Shown: in pieces, positions 53,995 through 64,000 of the stretch
Layout of the letters: each line of letters starts with the position of its first letter
Numbering within the stretch: the first letter of the stretch is position 1
Assembly (NCBI GenBank): GCA_965249485.1
Contig: OZ252239.1
Location: 1,664,001 to 1,728,000 of the forward strand
Source of the DNA: a bacterium
GTDB taxonomy: Bacteria > SM23-31
DNA length: 64,000 bases
Direction: 5' to 3'
Translations under genes and position numbers: made by a program
The notes under the pieces: model-generated
What the model was told of the DNA's origin: nothing
Database searches by the model: none
The model's input: only the letters and a program-made list of their open reading frames with translations

Positions 53995-54366
53995 TCATGC
54001 ACCTTGACCCAAGAACGAACCCAACCTAAGAAACAGGAAGTACACGCCGTCCGTGCCACTTACACCTGGCCCGCACCTCGCTGCTGCCTCCAACTGTGCA
54101 CCGCCCAGACGATTAGTTAAAGCAGCAGTCCGATTGACACCAGCATCAGAACGAAGAACAGCACAGGCGCCATTAACCAGGTAATCGTCGCGCCTGCAGG
54201 TGAGCCCAGCGTTCGGCAGCACCAGCACAACGTACAAAATCGCAGCGGGTGCAGCCACCAACGGCGATTGCAAGCTGCGGTACGTCCAGCGCCAGTGGGG
54301 CACAAAGATCATCAACAGCCAGAACGGAAAGACCAAGAGGCTCCTGAGATTAAACACTGTTTCCAT
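53995..54366 (-). pseudogene. ABA4/DUF4281-like protein, internally deleted or frameshifted
   Basis: VFPFWLLMIFVPHWRWT; C-terminal APVLFFVLML..IGLL in another frame. Confidence 0.6.
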
Positions 54367-54406
54367 ATGAAGTTTCCTTGCTGTCGAATCAGGAGTCCGT
54401 CGGCCA

Positions 54407-55393
54407 CTACGGTGTAGCTTGCGCTAGTGTACGCTGTAGCCCGATCAATGCCGCAGCGTAGGCCACGATCAGGCCAACGGCACTGATCCCGAACACCAGT
54501 GCGGCGACCAGGCTCAGATCAAACGGTGCCACCCCGCTGAACGTCTGAAAGGCGCTGACCGCCACCAGCCCAGTGTAGCCTGCAGCCGCCATAAAGACGG
54601 CTTGGGTGCGTCGGATTTCGCTCCAATTTGTAAAGAGTAGCAGCCATGCCAACACTGGCAGCACTTGCGCAGCGTGCAAAGTGAGTGCATGGGGAACCTT
54701 CATGTCGCCCGCCTCACCGAAGATGTAGGCAGACCTAGTGCCCTCGCTTATGAACTCCCCAGTCTGGAAGTCGATTACTTTTGGTATACCGTTTTGAAGG
54801 ATCAGGATTCCAAAAATCTGGGCGACAACCAGTAGCGCCATGCTGACCCGGATGGCCCACGCGAGGCTGGGGGGCGCCTGCAGCGAGAATAAACTCCAGA
54901 TGGCCACAATCGTTATGACAGTTGCGGTAAAACCGATCATGACACCGTTCGCGTTGAAAAGAGCCGCATCAAAGGGCGTACTGAAGTTGAAATGCGAAGG
55001 CACACCACGCCACTGCTGCATGGAAACCCAGAACACCTCCTCAAAGTTTACAACGCCGAGTGCGCCCAGCAGTAGCCAGCCCCTGACGCGCTTCTTAGGC
55101 AGAAAGGTCATAAACCACGCGAGAGACACAACGGTCAACCCAAACGCTTCACCGAAGAGGATTGGCTTGCGCCAGGAGACATCGCCTTCCAGAGAGCCAC
55201 CCGTCACAACGAGCACACCTGTGTGAAACACTGCGCTGAGGATCAACAAGGCCCCAATGACATAGGCGAATTTTTGGTAACCCTCCGCCTCAGTCCAATA
55301 GCGCCGCAACGTTGTCAGCATAGCGCGGATCAGCGCGCCCAGGTTATTGGTGCCCCTTTGCGGCACCATGGCTTCGGACATTTTTCTGATCAT
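54407..55393 (-). CDS. Multi-pass membrane protein, GC-rich
   Basis: SWRKPILFG, QQWRGVPSHFN, KVPHALTLHAAQVLP. Confidence 0.8.
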   Translation of the reverse strand: MIRKMSEAMVPQRGTNNLGALIRAMLTTLRRYWTEAEGYQKFAYVIGALLILSAVFHTGVLVVTGGSLEGDVSWRKPILFGEAFGLTVVSLAWFMTFLPKKRVRGWLLLGALGVVNFEEVFWVSMQQWRGVPSHFNFSTPFDAALFNANGVMIGFTATVITIVAIWSLFSLQAPPSLAWAIRVSMALLVVAQIFGILILQNGIPKVIDFQTGEFISEGTRSAYIFGEAGDMKVPHALTLHAAQVLPVLAWLLLFTNWSEIRRTQAVFMAAAGYTGLVAVSAFQTFSGVAPFDLSLVAALVFGISAVGLIVAYAAALIGLQRTLAQATP

Positions 55394-55471
55394 CCTTTTT
55401 TGTTTGTTCAGCCCTGGTCCTTTTTCGCCTAACTATTCGCGCGTTGAATCGTTCAGTACGGGGCGGGCTAA

Positions 55472-55496
55472 TGACTTGCCTCTATATTTTGGGCCA
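55472..55496 (+). mobile_element. IS3-like terminal repeat remnant
   Basis: TGACTTGCCTCTATATTTTGGGCCA at a GC-to-AT junction. Confidence 0.4.
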
Positions 55497-55537
55497 TTGT
55501 TTAAGTTAGTCAATTCATCGATATATTCATTGTTGTA

Positions 55538-56113
55538 TTATCCATTATTTAAAAAATCAGCAAAATCTTTTTGCATTACTTTGAACGCTTGTGTGAAAGC
55601 TTCTTCGGCTGACTTTCGTATTTGTTCTTGACCCCAATTTTTATTAAATAATCCTCCAAAAAATCCTGCCCACGCTCTTCCCACACCGCTACCAACATAG
55701 TTATTGGAAAATAGTGTATTATCAACGTCACTGATAGTGCAGGCAATTGTCAAATGTGTATCAAGTCCCCCTGTTACCTTGAAACTTGAAATTTCAAGTT
55801 CAATTATATAAGGAGTGATTGAATGATCTCTGTTACTCACTATAAAGATTCTGTTCAAAAAAGGGATGAAGGTCTCTTGTGCTAAATCTTGGAATGGAGT
55901 CACTAATGGTACCCTGATATCGCCACCCAAAAATGGAGAACCTGTATATTCTCTTTCCAAATCCATTAGTGAAATCATTATTCCAGCATCAGAATCAAAT
56001 GGTTTACTAACGGTAATCGGAGATACATGAGGTTGAAGATAGAGAGTTGAAGCACAACTAATTATTAAAGATGATAGTAGTACAAAATTTGTTAGTAAAA
56101 TGATCTTTTTCAT
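55538..56113 (-). CDS. Hypothetical lipoprotein
   Basis: MKKII...IISC lipobox; AGAGGG RBS. Confidence 0.75.
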   Translation of the reverse strand: MKKIILLTNFVLLSSLIISCASTLYLQPHVSPITVSKPFDSDAGIMISLMDLEREYTGSPFLGGDIRVPLVTPFQDLAQETFIPFLNRIFIVSNRDHSITPYIIELEISSFKVTGGLDTHLTIACTISDVDNTLFSNNYVGSGVGRAWAGFFGGLFNKNWGQEQIRKSAEEAFTQAFKVMQKDFADFLNNG

Positions 56114-56403
56114 TTTGATACCCCTCTTTTTATCCTGTAAAAAAACGTTTTTCTAATCTTGTCATCTTCATGATAAAATTCTCCTTTTTCACTATTTGAT
56201 AATATTGATATAGTATGGTAGTGATGATTTGACTTATTAATGTCACTCTCCTTTGGGGTGATGGACTTTTTAAAGTCTTGCTCATCAGTATTCAGAATAT
56301 CATCCAGTATACTATTATCTTCGGAAGAATCATAGAAATTATACCCAAATGGTGAAGTGATAAGTTTTAACAAAAAATTACCGAGTTTATTGAAGAGATT
56401 CAT
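56110..56403 (-). CDS. Hypothetical protein
   Basis: AGGAG RBS; ATGA overlap with the next gene. Confidence 0.55.
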   Translation of the reverse strand: MNLFNKLGNFLLKLITSPFGYNFYDSSEDNSILDDILNTDEQDFKKSITPKESDINKSNHHYHTISILSNSEKGEFYHEDDKIRKTFFYRIKRGVSK

Positions 56404-56548
56404 TTGATGCTCCTTTCAAGCGAAAATATTATTAATAAAGTGGTGTAGTAATGTTACCCCAACGGACATGAGGGGGTGGTTTCGCTCATGACAATACCGC
56501 ATCTTTGGAAATGTCTACTATTGCTACAATAATAGGAATCCGTGTTGA

Positions 56549-56608
56549 TGACCTTGCCCCAAAAGTTGGGCCATATGTTATATTAGTATAGGTTCTACTT
56601 TGAAAGAA
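56549..56608 (+). mobile_element. IS3-like left-end remnant
   Basis: TGACCTTGCCCCAAAAGTTGGGCCA...TTATATTAGTATA, homologous to 50045 (minus). Confidence 0.5.
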
Positions 56609-56675
56609 ACAACCAAGCTCACTTGCTGCTATGAAGCGCCGCGGAATAGCGGTGTGGTACAGCGAATTGTTAGGT
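56604..56675 (-). other. attC-like integron cassette site overlapping the stop codon
   Basis: ACCTAAC (RYYYAAC, contains TAA) AATTCG CTGTACC..GCTAT/ATAGC stem..GTGAG..GTT. Confidence 0.6.
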
Positions 56676-57656
56676 TTTGTTATTATGTTCCAAAGTTATG
56701 ACTACTTTACCTTTATGGTTGCCTTCTCCAAAATGCTGAATGGCTTCCGGTACTTGACTTAACTTGTAGGGGCCATCTATCACAGGTTTGACTGTGCCAG
56801 CTTCGAAAAGCTCGTTCATATAATCTAAATCTTTGTTTGGTTTTAGAGCAACAATACAGATGGTCTTTTTACTGAACATCCGTACCACTGGCCCAAGAAA
56901 AAAAATTTGGAGAAGTCGGGCAGTAGTTCCCCCAACCGTCACATAAACACCATTGGGACTTAATGCACGTGCATAATCAAATATCGAACGATTCGTCTTC
57001 GTATCAAGAATCAGATCATAACACTGCCCGTTCTTCGTAAAATCTTCTTGCCTGTAATCTATGGTTTTTTCAAAGCCAATTGAGTGCATCATGTTCAATT
57101 TACTTGAATTATCAACTCCTGTTACTTCTTCAACTCCGATAAATTTGGCAATCTGTACTCCCAAAGTACCGACACCTCCGCCAGCACCATTAATCAACAA
57201 CTTTTGTCCTGGTTGAATTTGCCCTACATCACGAAGGCCTTGTACAGCTAACATTGCCGCATGAGGTATCGCCGCTGCTTCGATGAAGGTCATACTAACA
57301 GGCTTCAAGGCTAATGCATTTTCATGCACACAGACATACTCGGCAAAGCCACCAAAACCGCACTCGGATATGTCCCCGTATACCGCATCACCTGGCTGAA
57401 ACTTTTTAGCGTTTCTGCCAACTGCTTCAACCTGCCCCGCTATTTCAACTCCAGGTATCTGAACTTTTGGCTTTATAAGACCACATAGCAAGCGGATATA
57501 GAATGGCTTACCTCTCATGAGACACCAATCCCAGTCATTTACAGATGCCGCATGAACTTTTACCAACACTTCATTGTCCTCGGGAGTAGGTTTTTCTACC
57601 TCTTTGAGTTGAAGAACATCAGGCGGTCCGTATTTTTTATATACAATTGCTTTCAA
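56670..57656 (-). CDS. NAD(P)-dependent MDR oxidoreductase (zinc-free, quinone-reductase-like)
   Basis: YGPPDVL, VHAASVN, INGAGGGVG, GKVVI. Confidence 0.92.
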   Translation of the reverse strand: MKAIVYKKYGPPDVLQLKEVEKPTPEDNEVLVKVHAASVNDWDWCLMRGKPFYIRLLCGLIKPKVQIPGVEIAGQVEAVGRNAKKFQPGDAVYGDISECGFGGFAEYVCVHENALALKPVSMTFIEAAAIPHAAMLAVQGLRDVGQIQPGQKLLINGAGGGVGTLGVQIAKFIGVEEVTGVDNSSKLNMMHSIGFEKTIDYRQEDFTKNGQCYDLILDTKTNRSIFDYARALSPNGVYVTVGGTTARLLQIFFLGPVVRMFSKKTICIVALKPNKDLDYMNELFEAGTVKPVIDGPYKLSQVPEAIQHFGEGNHKGKVVITLEHNNKT

Positions 57657-57773
57657 TTTAATTTCTCAATTCTCTTTTTATATCAATCTCTATAAGATCA
57701 TTTCATTTAAAGATTATAAATGTAACGTAAAATTAGGTGACGTTTATTTTACAGCTCAATTCCTTTTAACTTG

Positions 57774-58763
57774 TTAGGTTTTGTTATTATGTTCCAAAGT
57801 AATTACTACATTTCCCTTTTTGTGTCCTTTGTCGACATACCTGTGAGCCTCGGCAGTCTGTTCTAACGGATAGCGTCTATCAATGACCGATTGAATCTTT
57901 CCCGCCTCAATCAGCTCTTTGAGGAAAATTAGATCTTTAATTATTTCTCTTGCCGGCCTCACATACGTGGCCGTAAGAATGGCTTTTTTACTGCCGAACA
58001 TTGAAGTCCATAACATTGGAAAAATAGTCGCCAACTTGCCGGCATCAAGATAGACACCTTTTTGCGTTAGCGAGCCTTTACAACGTGAAAATGAGCGCTT
58101 GCCTACCGTGTCAAAAATAATGTCATAGGTCTGGCCGTTTTTGGTGAAATCCTCTTTTGTATAATCAATTACAATATCGGCTCCCAGAGATTTCACCAAT
58201 TCCAAATTAACAGTACTACATACCCCGGTAACTTCCGCCCCAAAGTATTTGGCAATCTGTATCGAAGCAGTACCTACCGACCCGGAAGCGCCAGCGCCAT
58301 AGATACAAACTTTTTGTCCTCTCTGGATATTTCCTTTTCTAAAAAAATTCAAGGCTGTTAATCCGCCTTCAACAATAGCGACAGATTCCTCATAATTCAT
58401 ATTGTTAGGTTTTATGTCAAGTGCCCCGTCTTCAGGAAGACATGTAAACTCACCATGAGCACCAAAAGCGAACCCGGTATTTCCAAAAACTTGGCCACCC
58501 TCTTTGAATAATTTTACATCTTTGCCAACTGCTACAATTTCCCCGGCTAACTCTTGCCCAAGTATGTTTTTTTTGGGTTTTGTGAGACCCATGAAAAATC
58601 TACCAATAAATGGTTGGCCTTTTCGACCGTTGAGGCTCGCTGTTGTTGCTGTTGCTGCGTGAACCTTTATAAGTACTTCATTATCTTTAGGAACAGGTTT
58701 TTCTACCTCTTGGAGCTGAAGAACATCCGGTTGCCCGTATTTTGTGCATACAATTGCTTTCAT
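57774..58763 (-). CDS. NAD(P)-dependent MDR oxidoreductase, paralogue
   Basis: [28 protein letters not shown]; same TLEHNNKT end. Confidence 0.92.
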   Translation of the reverse strand: MKAIVCTKYGQPDVLQLQEVEKPVPKDNEVLIKVHAATATTASLNGRKGQPFIGRFFMGLTKPKKNILGQELAGEIVAVGKDVKLFKEGGQVFGNTGFAFGAHGEFTCLPEDGALDIKPNNMNYEESVAIVEGGLTALNFFRKGNIQRGQKVCIYGAGASGSVGTASIQIAKYFGAEVTGVCSTVNLELVKSLGADIVIDYTKEDFTKNGQTYDIIFDTVGKRSFSRCKGSLTQKGVYLDAGKLATIFPMLWTSMFGSKKAILTATYVRPAREIIKDLIFLKELIEAGKIQSVIDRRYPLEQTAEAHRYVDKGHKKGNVVITLEHNNKT

Positions 58764-58815
58764 AATTTTCTCCTAATTAGTTATGTCGAATAAGCAAGAT
58801 TGTTTTAGATTTTGT

Positions 58816-59067
58816 TTATTTAGCTTCATCTCTAAATCGAACTTCTCCCTTCGAACTGCCGTGCGATTCGACCACTCGACTCACTGACAGCAACGATAGG
58901 CCGAGATCACGGAATCGAATGATCACGCCATAAAGCGCTGCCTGATCAACGACCGGTCCGACCAGCACGGTCGTGCCATTTTCTTGACGCTGTACGGCCA
59001 GACCTTCAAACCAGTCCGCCCAGCGGTTGTCGAGGTGCCCCTTTACTTGAAACTCGTAGATGTCCAT
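58816..59067 (-). CDS. Small conserved-looking protein downstream of the MalT-like gene
   Basis: KGHLDNRWADWFEG, GPVVDQAALYG, RDLGLSLLSV. Confidence 0.75.
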   Translation of the reverse strand: MDIYEFQVKGHLDNRWADWFEGLAVQRQENGTTVLVGPVVDQAALYGVIIRFRDLGLSLLSVSRVVESHGSSKGEVRFRDEAK

Positions 59068-59144
59068 TACTAAGCTCCAGCTCCTATATCGGTCATCGTC
59101 ATAGGGATAATATACAAAGGATAAATGCCCCGCGCATCAGCCAA

Positions 59145-59179
59145 AGGGTGTAATCGGGGATGTAATTAGGGGGTGTAAA
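59145..59179. promoter_or_regulatory. Three phased direct repeats, candidate activator boxes
   Basis: GG(G/A)TGTAA with TGTAA at 59149, 59161, 59174. Confidence 0.45.
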
Positions 59180-59270
59180 TGAAGATGCGTCAGGTGAGAG
59201 TTAACGAGTGGTTTGGGATCAGGAGACGGTGATGTGAGCAGTCCGGCTTGAGGTAGGTGAGTTGAATCAC

Positions 59271-62024
59271 TTACAGCAGGTTCAGTTCGTTTGCCAGCGC
59301 AACAGCTTCGGTGCGATGACTGACGCCCAGCTTGCCATAGACATTCGCAATGTGACGCTTGACGGTGTGTAGACTGATGAACAGATGATCGGCAATCTCC
59401 TGGTTCCTTATTCCTGACGCAATGAGACGCAGGATCTCGATCTCCCGTGCCGTTAGAGACTCGACAAGACCAGCGGCAGCGGACTGGGCCGATGCGGTTT
59501 CCCGCTTGACTCCCACCTCCCGCAGCAGGTAGGCGAGGTAGGATGGAGATCCAGCCTCCGCGGGGCCGTGATCGCTCTGGACGGCATCTGCAAGCGCCTC
59601 TAAGAGCTCGGCAACGACCGGGCCTTCGCCCGTAAACGTCCGGTTGAATCGTCCCGGCTCGCCCAGCATGGTCGCCCGTCCAAGCGACTCGAGGGCAGGC
59701 GACCTCTCGCTCAACAGATCATACGCCAATGCCTGGAGCACGAGCCCGTGGATCTCATGTTGCACGTGCCCACCTTCTCGCACGATGGGGAACACTCTAG
59801 ATAGAACCTGCTCAGCATCATCATTGTCACCATGCGCGATGAGGTAGCGAGCGTACGCGGTCATCTCCTCCTCGTTGTTACGATCCACTTCCACGTTCAG
59901 CGAGAGTTCCCGGTCCCGAGCGACCTCCGCAGCTGCTTCGAGGTCGTCGGACCCGCAATAGATCTTGAGCTCTACGGAGGAAAGGAAAGACGAATATCGG
60001 GTATCGCGGGAACCGCGGACGAACTCTTGCGCTTTTTCCAACTGCTCAATCGCCGCTTTGGTGGCGCCTGCGGCCAGAAACACCTGCGCCGCGGTGGTCT
60101 GAGCGTAGAGGACGGGACTCCTTGTCGGCGACTTACTCGCGAACCCGAGAGCTTTCGCAGCGTGGTCATTCGCTCCCGCCAGATCAGCACGCTCCAGCAA
60201 AACCTCTGCTAGCCGGGTATGTGGACCGCACTTCAACAAGTTAGCTTCGGCAGAGACCTTTTGACCGACTAAAAGTGCTTCTTCAAATGAGCGACGGCCG
60301 TCTTCCAGCCGGCCCATGGCCACGCTCACCTGCCCGCGGTGCGTAAGAATGCAAGCGAGAAGCGATGGATTCTGGGCTCGGCGGGCTTCATCTACGCTTC
60401 TTTCCAGGTTCTGCAATGCCGACTTCATGTCGCCGAGTTCCATCTGGACGCCTGCGCCAATCATGTGAAGCATTTCCCTGACGTGGTGCTTAGTTGGGAG
60501 CAGCTCAAGCGCCTGAGTGGCGATCGCCGCTTTCTCCTCCGGCGGGAGTTTCCGGTACGAGTGGAAGAGTTTTAGCGCTAATACCTCGCCCTTCAAGGCC
60601 TCCAGTCCTTCGGGTCCGACAACAGTTCCGTCAGCATCGTCCGAAGGATCGAATCCCCCACAGTCCTCGATTACCTTGATCGCCTCTTCTGCCCACGATG
60701 TGAGTCTGCGGGCAGCCTGATTGTTGTCTTCAGTCGCCAATGCACTTGAAGCGTAAATGAGTGCCAGCCGGGGTCTTTTTTGAACCATTTCTTCCGGCAG
60801 CGATGCGGACCAACATGAAATCGACGCGTAATGGCCGATTCGCTGGAACTCTTCAAAGTTGGCAGCCAGGAGGCGGGCTACAGTTTCATGATCACCCGCA
60901 GCGCGGGCCTGCTCGATCGCGTCGGCCGGCAGACTGTTCTGCTCGTACCACTCGCTTGCTCGCTTATGCAGAGTAGGGACCTGACCGGGCTGCTCCTCCA
61001 TCGAATGCGCACGAAGAACATCTGCAAAGAGGTGATGATACCGATACCACTTGCGCTTCTCGTCCAGCGGAACGACGAACAGGTTGCCTCGCTCCAGGGA
61101 CTTCAACATCACCATGCCATCTTCCTGGCCGGTGACCGCATCACATAGGGAACCACTTAGCCGGTCGAGAATTGAGGTCTGTAGTAAAAAGCTCCGGACA
61201 CGTTCGGGCTGGCGTTGCAGGACCTCTTCGACCAGATAGTCTACAATGTACCGGTCATCGCCGGAGAATGCTGCTATGAATCCGGGAACGTCCTCTTGCC
61301 CGAGCATGGAAAGCGCTGCAATCTGGAGCCCTGCGATCCAGCCTTCGGTTCGCTTCTCCAGGGCCGCCACATCAGCTGCCGAGAGGTCCAGCCCCATCAC
61401 TCCGTTGAGGAAATCAGCCGCCTCTTCGGGGGTGAAACGCAGGTCCGAGGCCCGTAGCTCAGTCGATTCGCTGTGCCCTCGGAGGCGGGCCAGAGGCAAG
61501 GGCGGGTCCGAACAGCTTGCAATGACGAGGTGCATCTGAGGCGGCAAGTGGTCGAGAAGAAAAGCGATTGCGCTATGGACAGCCTTTGCATCGATAACGT
61601 GGTAGTCGTCGAGGATGACAGCGAAGTCGTCTTTAATCGCGTTGATTTCATTGATCAAGGTCGTCAAGACCGACTCAATCGCTGGTGGCTGAGGCGAATG
61701 CAGCAAAGAAAGCGCGTTCTTGCCAACCTCGGACTGGACTGTCTGCAGTGCTGTGATGAAATAGGCCCAGAAGAACGCTGGGTCATTGTCGCTCTGATCA
61801 AGTGAGACCCATCCTGCGGCCCGTTCGCTGGCCTGGGTAGCTGCAAGCCATTCAGCCAGCAGCGTCGTCTTGCCGAAACCGGCAGGGGCAGATATGATGG
61901 TCAGTTTGCGGTGCAATACCTCATTCAACCGCTCGCTCAGTCGGGGGCGTTTGACAAGTTTAGACCGAGGTGGCGGGATATGTGGCGGGATATAAAGTTT
62001 GGTTGCTAAAATTGGTGTAGACAT
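59271..62024 (-). CDS. MalT-like STAND ATPase / LuxR HTH regulator
   Basis: APAGFGKTT, LDDYH, TEGWIAGL, YRYHHLF, LTAREIEIL...TVKRHIANVYGKLGV. Confidence 0.93.
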   Translation of the reverse strand: MSTPILATKLYIPPHIPPPRSKLVKRPRLSERLNEVLHRKLTIISAPAGFGKTTLLAEWLAATQASERAAGWVSLDQSDNDPAFFWAYFITALQTVQSEVGKNALSLLHSPQPPAIESVLTTLINEINAIKDDFAVILDDYHVIDAKAVHSAIAFLLDHLPPQMHLVIASCSDPPLPLARLRGHSESTELRASDLRFTPEEAADFLNGVMGLDLSAADVAALEKRTEGWIAGLQIAALSMLGQEDVPGFIAAFSGDDRYIVDYLVEEVLQRQPERVRSFLLQTSILDRLSGSLCDAVTGQEDGMVMLKSLERGNLFVVPLDEKRKWYRYHHLFADVLRAHSMEEQPGQVPTLHKRASEWYEQNSLPADAIEQARAAGDHETVARLLAANFEEFQRIGHYASISCWSASLPEEMVQKRPRLALIYASSALATEDNNQAARRLTSWAEEAIKVIEDCGGFDPSDDADGTVVGPEGLEALKGEVLALKLFHSYRKLPPEEKAAIATQALELLPTKHHVREMLHMIGAGVQMELGDMKSALQNLERSVDEARRAQNPSLLACILTHRGQVSVAMGRLEDGRRSFEEALLVGQKVSAEANLLKCGPHTRLAEVLLERADLAGANDHAAKALGFASKSPTRSPVLYAQTTAAQVFLAAGATKAAIEQLEKAQEFVRGSRDTRYSSFLSSVELKIYCGSDDLEAAAEVARDRELSLNVEVDRNNEEEMTAYARYLIAHGDNDDAEQVLSRVFPIVREGGHVQHEIHGLVLQALAYDLLSERSPALESLGRATMLGEPGRFNRTFTGEGPVVAELLEALADAVQSDHGPAEAGSPSYLAYLLREVGVKRETASAQSAAAGLVESLTAREIEILRLIASGIRNQEIADHLFISLHTVKRHIANVYGKLGVSHRTEAVALANELNLL

Positions 62025-62234
62025 AGATCAATTATAAAATCACTCACCTCAAAATTCAAAATAAGTTTGAATAAACCGCATGTGAATGGCTATCGAAAAG
62101 TGAGTAAATTGGCGGTCTAAGACCGTGACTTTTTGGATTAATAAGTAGCCGATATATTTAAACAGAGTCAAGTACATTTATTGAGTATTTGAGTTATTTG
62201 TAATAGAGTGTTTGTCTTAATGTATAGAAGGGTG

Positions 62235-62470
62235 GAAGAGTTGAAGTAATTGGGCAAAACCAAAACTCGAAATGTAAAATATTTGCAGCTTTTTGGGTAG
62301 GACGCAAATCTATCCTGTCGCTCCGCTAATACTAAATAAATACAACAACTTATACACTTTACAACTCTTTACTTGTGCCTAAATTGTGCCTAAAAATTTC
62401 AAGAAATTCAGGAAACAAGAGATTAATAGAGGCTATTAGAGGATAAGAAAAGAAATAACAAGGCAAAATC
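62235..62470 (+). repeat. ~230-bp direct repeat, copy 2
   Basis: Collinear with 50048-50290; TTGTGCCTAA at 62373 and 62384. Confidence 0.75.
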
Positions 62471-62555
62471 GAATAGATTCACCAGTCGAAGAAGAATTCA
62501 AATATTCTCAAAATATTTGGTTTTATAATAGCGAAATTTATTTATCTGTCGGCAT

Positions 62556-62603
62556 TTGTCTAATTATCAAATGATTGCAGGTTCGAGTCCTACAGAGCCA
62601 CAC
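62556..62603 (+). tRNA. Degenerate tRNA 3' half (isotype unclear, Lys-like), att scar
   Basis: GCAGG-TTCGAGT-CCTAC T arm; weak terminator-like hairpin follows. Confidence 0.45.
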
Positions 62604-63130
62604 TCAAAACACTTTAAATAACAACAACTTACAAGGCCCTACTCAATATGAGCAAGGATTTTTATTTTGCCAGTTTTTGTAATAATTGCACGTCTTTTTG
62701 CATATCTCAATAATTTCCATATTATAAATCAAACTCATTTAAATATTAGCATTTTGTATTTACGCAAATGAATTTAAGGTGTACACATAACCTTGGAAAA
62801 AGAGTGCAGAAAAATTATTTGGAATAGTTAATAGTTTCTCTTTGCATTTTAACTAATGCTGTCCAACTTGTTCTGACGAGGTACATTCGGCTCAAGAGTG
62901 GCAAAATTAGTTGCCACATAAAACATAGGGAAAATTCCAGGTATGAATAACTATCTATGTAATTATTCCAACGTGTAATTGTACCAAATATTTTGTATAT
63001 AAAAAACGGGTGTTATTCTACTGGCAGAAATCTATTTGTAATTTGTTATTGATTTCTTATCTTTTTATTCTTCTGTGATTTTGTCTTAAACATATTCTTT
63101 ATTTGGAGACTAGATTTCTAAGGACTTTTA

Positions 63131-64000
63131 ATGAACAAAATATTTTATCTTACTCTTGTAGTCTTCTTCTTTTTTTTCGGCCTGGCTTATGCTCAAACTG
63201 AAGAAGTAGATATTTTTGATTTGTCTTTTGAAGAGCTGGCAAATATTAAAATCATATCTGCTACACAGAGAGAACAAACGATAGGTGAAGCACCCGCAAT
63301 TATTTCGATAATTACACGCCAGGAAATAAAGGACCGGGGATATCAGACAGTCGGTGAAGCTTTAAACAGTGTTGCGGGACTTGATCCACTCCATGACAGG
63401 TTTCAATACAATCTTGGAATCCGGGGCATTAACGGTGGGATGCGGGCATGGTCACGCATCGTCAAGCTCATGATTGACGGGCAACCGGTCGCTTACAGAT
63501 CGAGTTCGGAAAATTTTTTAGGAAAAGAATTGATTCCAGTAAACATCGTGGAAAGAATTGAAATAGTACGGGGTCCCGGATCGGCATTATACGGTTCAAA
63601 CGCATTTTTGGGTGTAATCAATATAATCACACTGAGAAGTGAGCTATCAAATTGGGCTGAAGTTTCCGGTCAAATTGGCAGTTCTCAATTCATTAACGGT
63701 GATGGATCAAGTATTGCGGTTGGCGGAAGATCCGGCGGATTTAATTTTATCGCTGCCGGTTCGTTTAATAAAAGTGATATATCCGGACAAACACCGGTAA
63801 ATGTTCCAGGATCGGAAATATATGGCAGCAATGCGAAAAGTGTGAATGATATATCACGGAACCGCAGTCTGTTTGTAAAAAATTGAATACGAGAACGAAC
63901 GCCTCGGGCATGTCGGCATAAACTTTAATTATCAGTTGCTGGATAGTTTTGGAGAATTCCAGGATTGGGGTGTCTTGACGCACAATAAATAGGATTAACA
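63131..64000 (+). CDS. TonB-dependent receptor (plug); +1 frameshifts ~63880 and ~63988; runs off the window
   Basis: LSFEELANIKI, APAIISII, ERIEIVRGPGSALYGSNAFLGVINIIT. Confidence 0.88.

Noticed and set aside
59644..61846. Numerous antisense or alternate-frame ORFs (also 2705-6931, 10549-13066, 40339-42781)
   Set aside because: Shadows of long, well-supported genes with no recognisable motifs
1..64000. CRISPR array, reverse transcriptase/DGR, retron, intact integrase or transposase
   Set aside because: No regularly spaced repeat-spacer run and no ORF with the relevant motifs

Overview
A 64-kb accessory-type region from an AT-rich diderm bacterium. TonB, a GWxTD protein, an FlgD/T9SS-like C-terminal domain and a short RpoD-type sigma suggest an FCB-group candidate phylum (inference). 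No integrase, transposase, rRNA, intact tRNA or CRISPR array is visible. 0-7 kb carries secreted sugar-metabolism genes. A tRNA-Phe 3' fragment at 7.5 kb opens an island remnant with a dead S24 repressor, SRAP, dnaE2 and imuB; imuB has a GAAC-N4-GTTC SOS box in an apparently leaderless promoter. SRAP-dnaE2-imuB is bracketed by two copies of an unannotated ~120-nt promoter-hairpin-terminator RNA unit. 15.6-30 kb holds regulator modules (ArsR, ECF, GntR) and a secreted thioredoxin with an in-frame UGA in a UxxC motif plus a SECIS-like hairpin, a probable selenoprotein missed by the ORF track. 30-37 kb has three copies of a sigma54 promoter/enhancer module. 43-63 kb is a patchwork of foreign genes and fragments with tRNA-derived att scars, IS3-like ends, attC-like sites and two dispersed repeat families. 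Many genes are broken: some by homopolymer indels (possibly sequencing errors), others by nonsense substitutions. All family calls come from motif recognition by eye, with no database searches.
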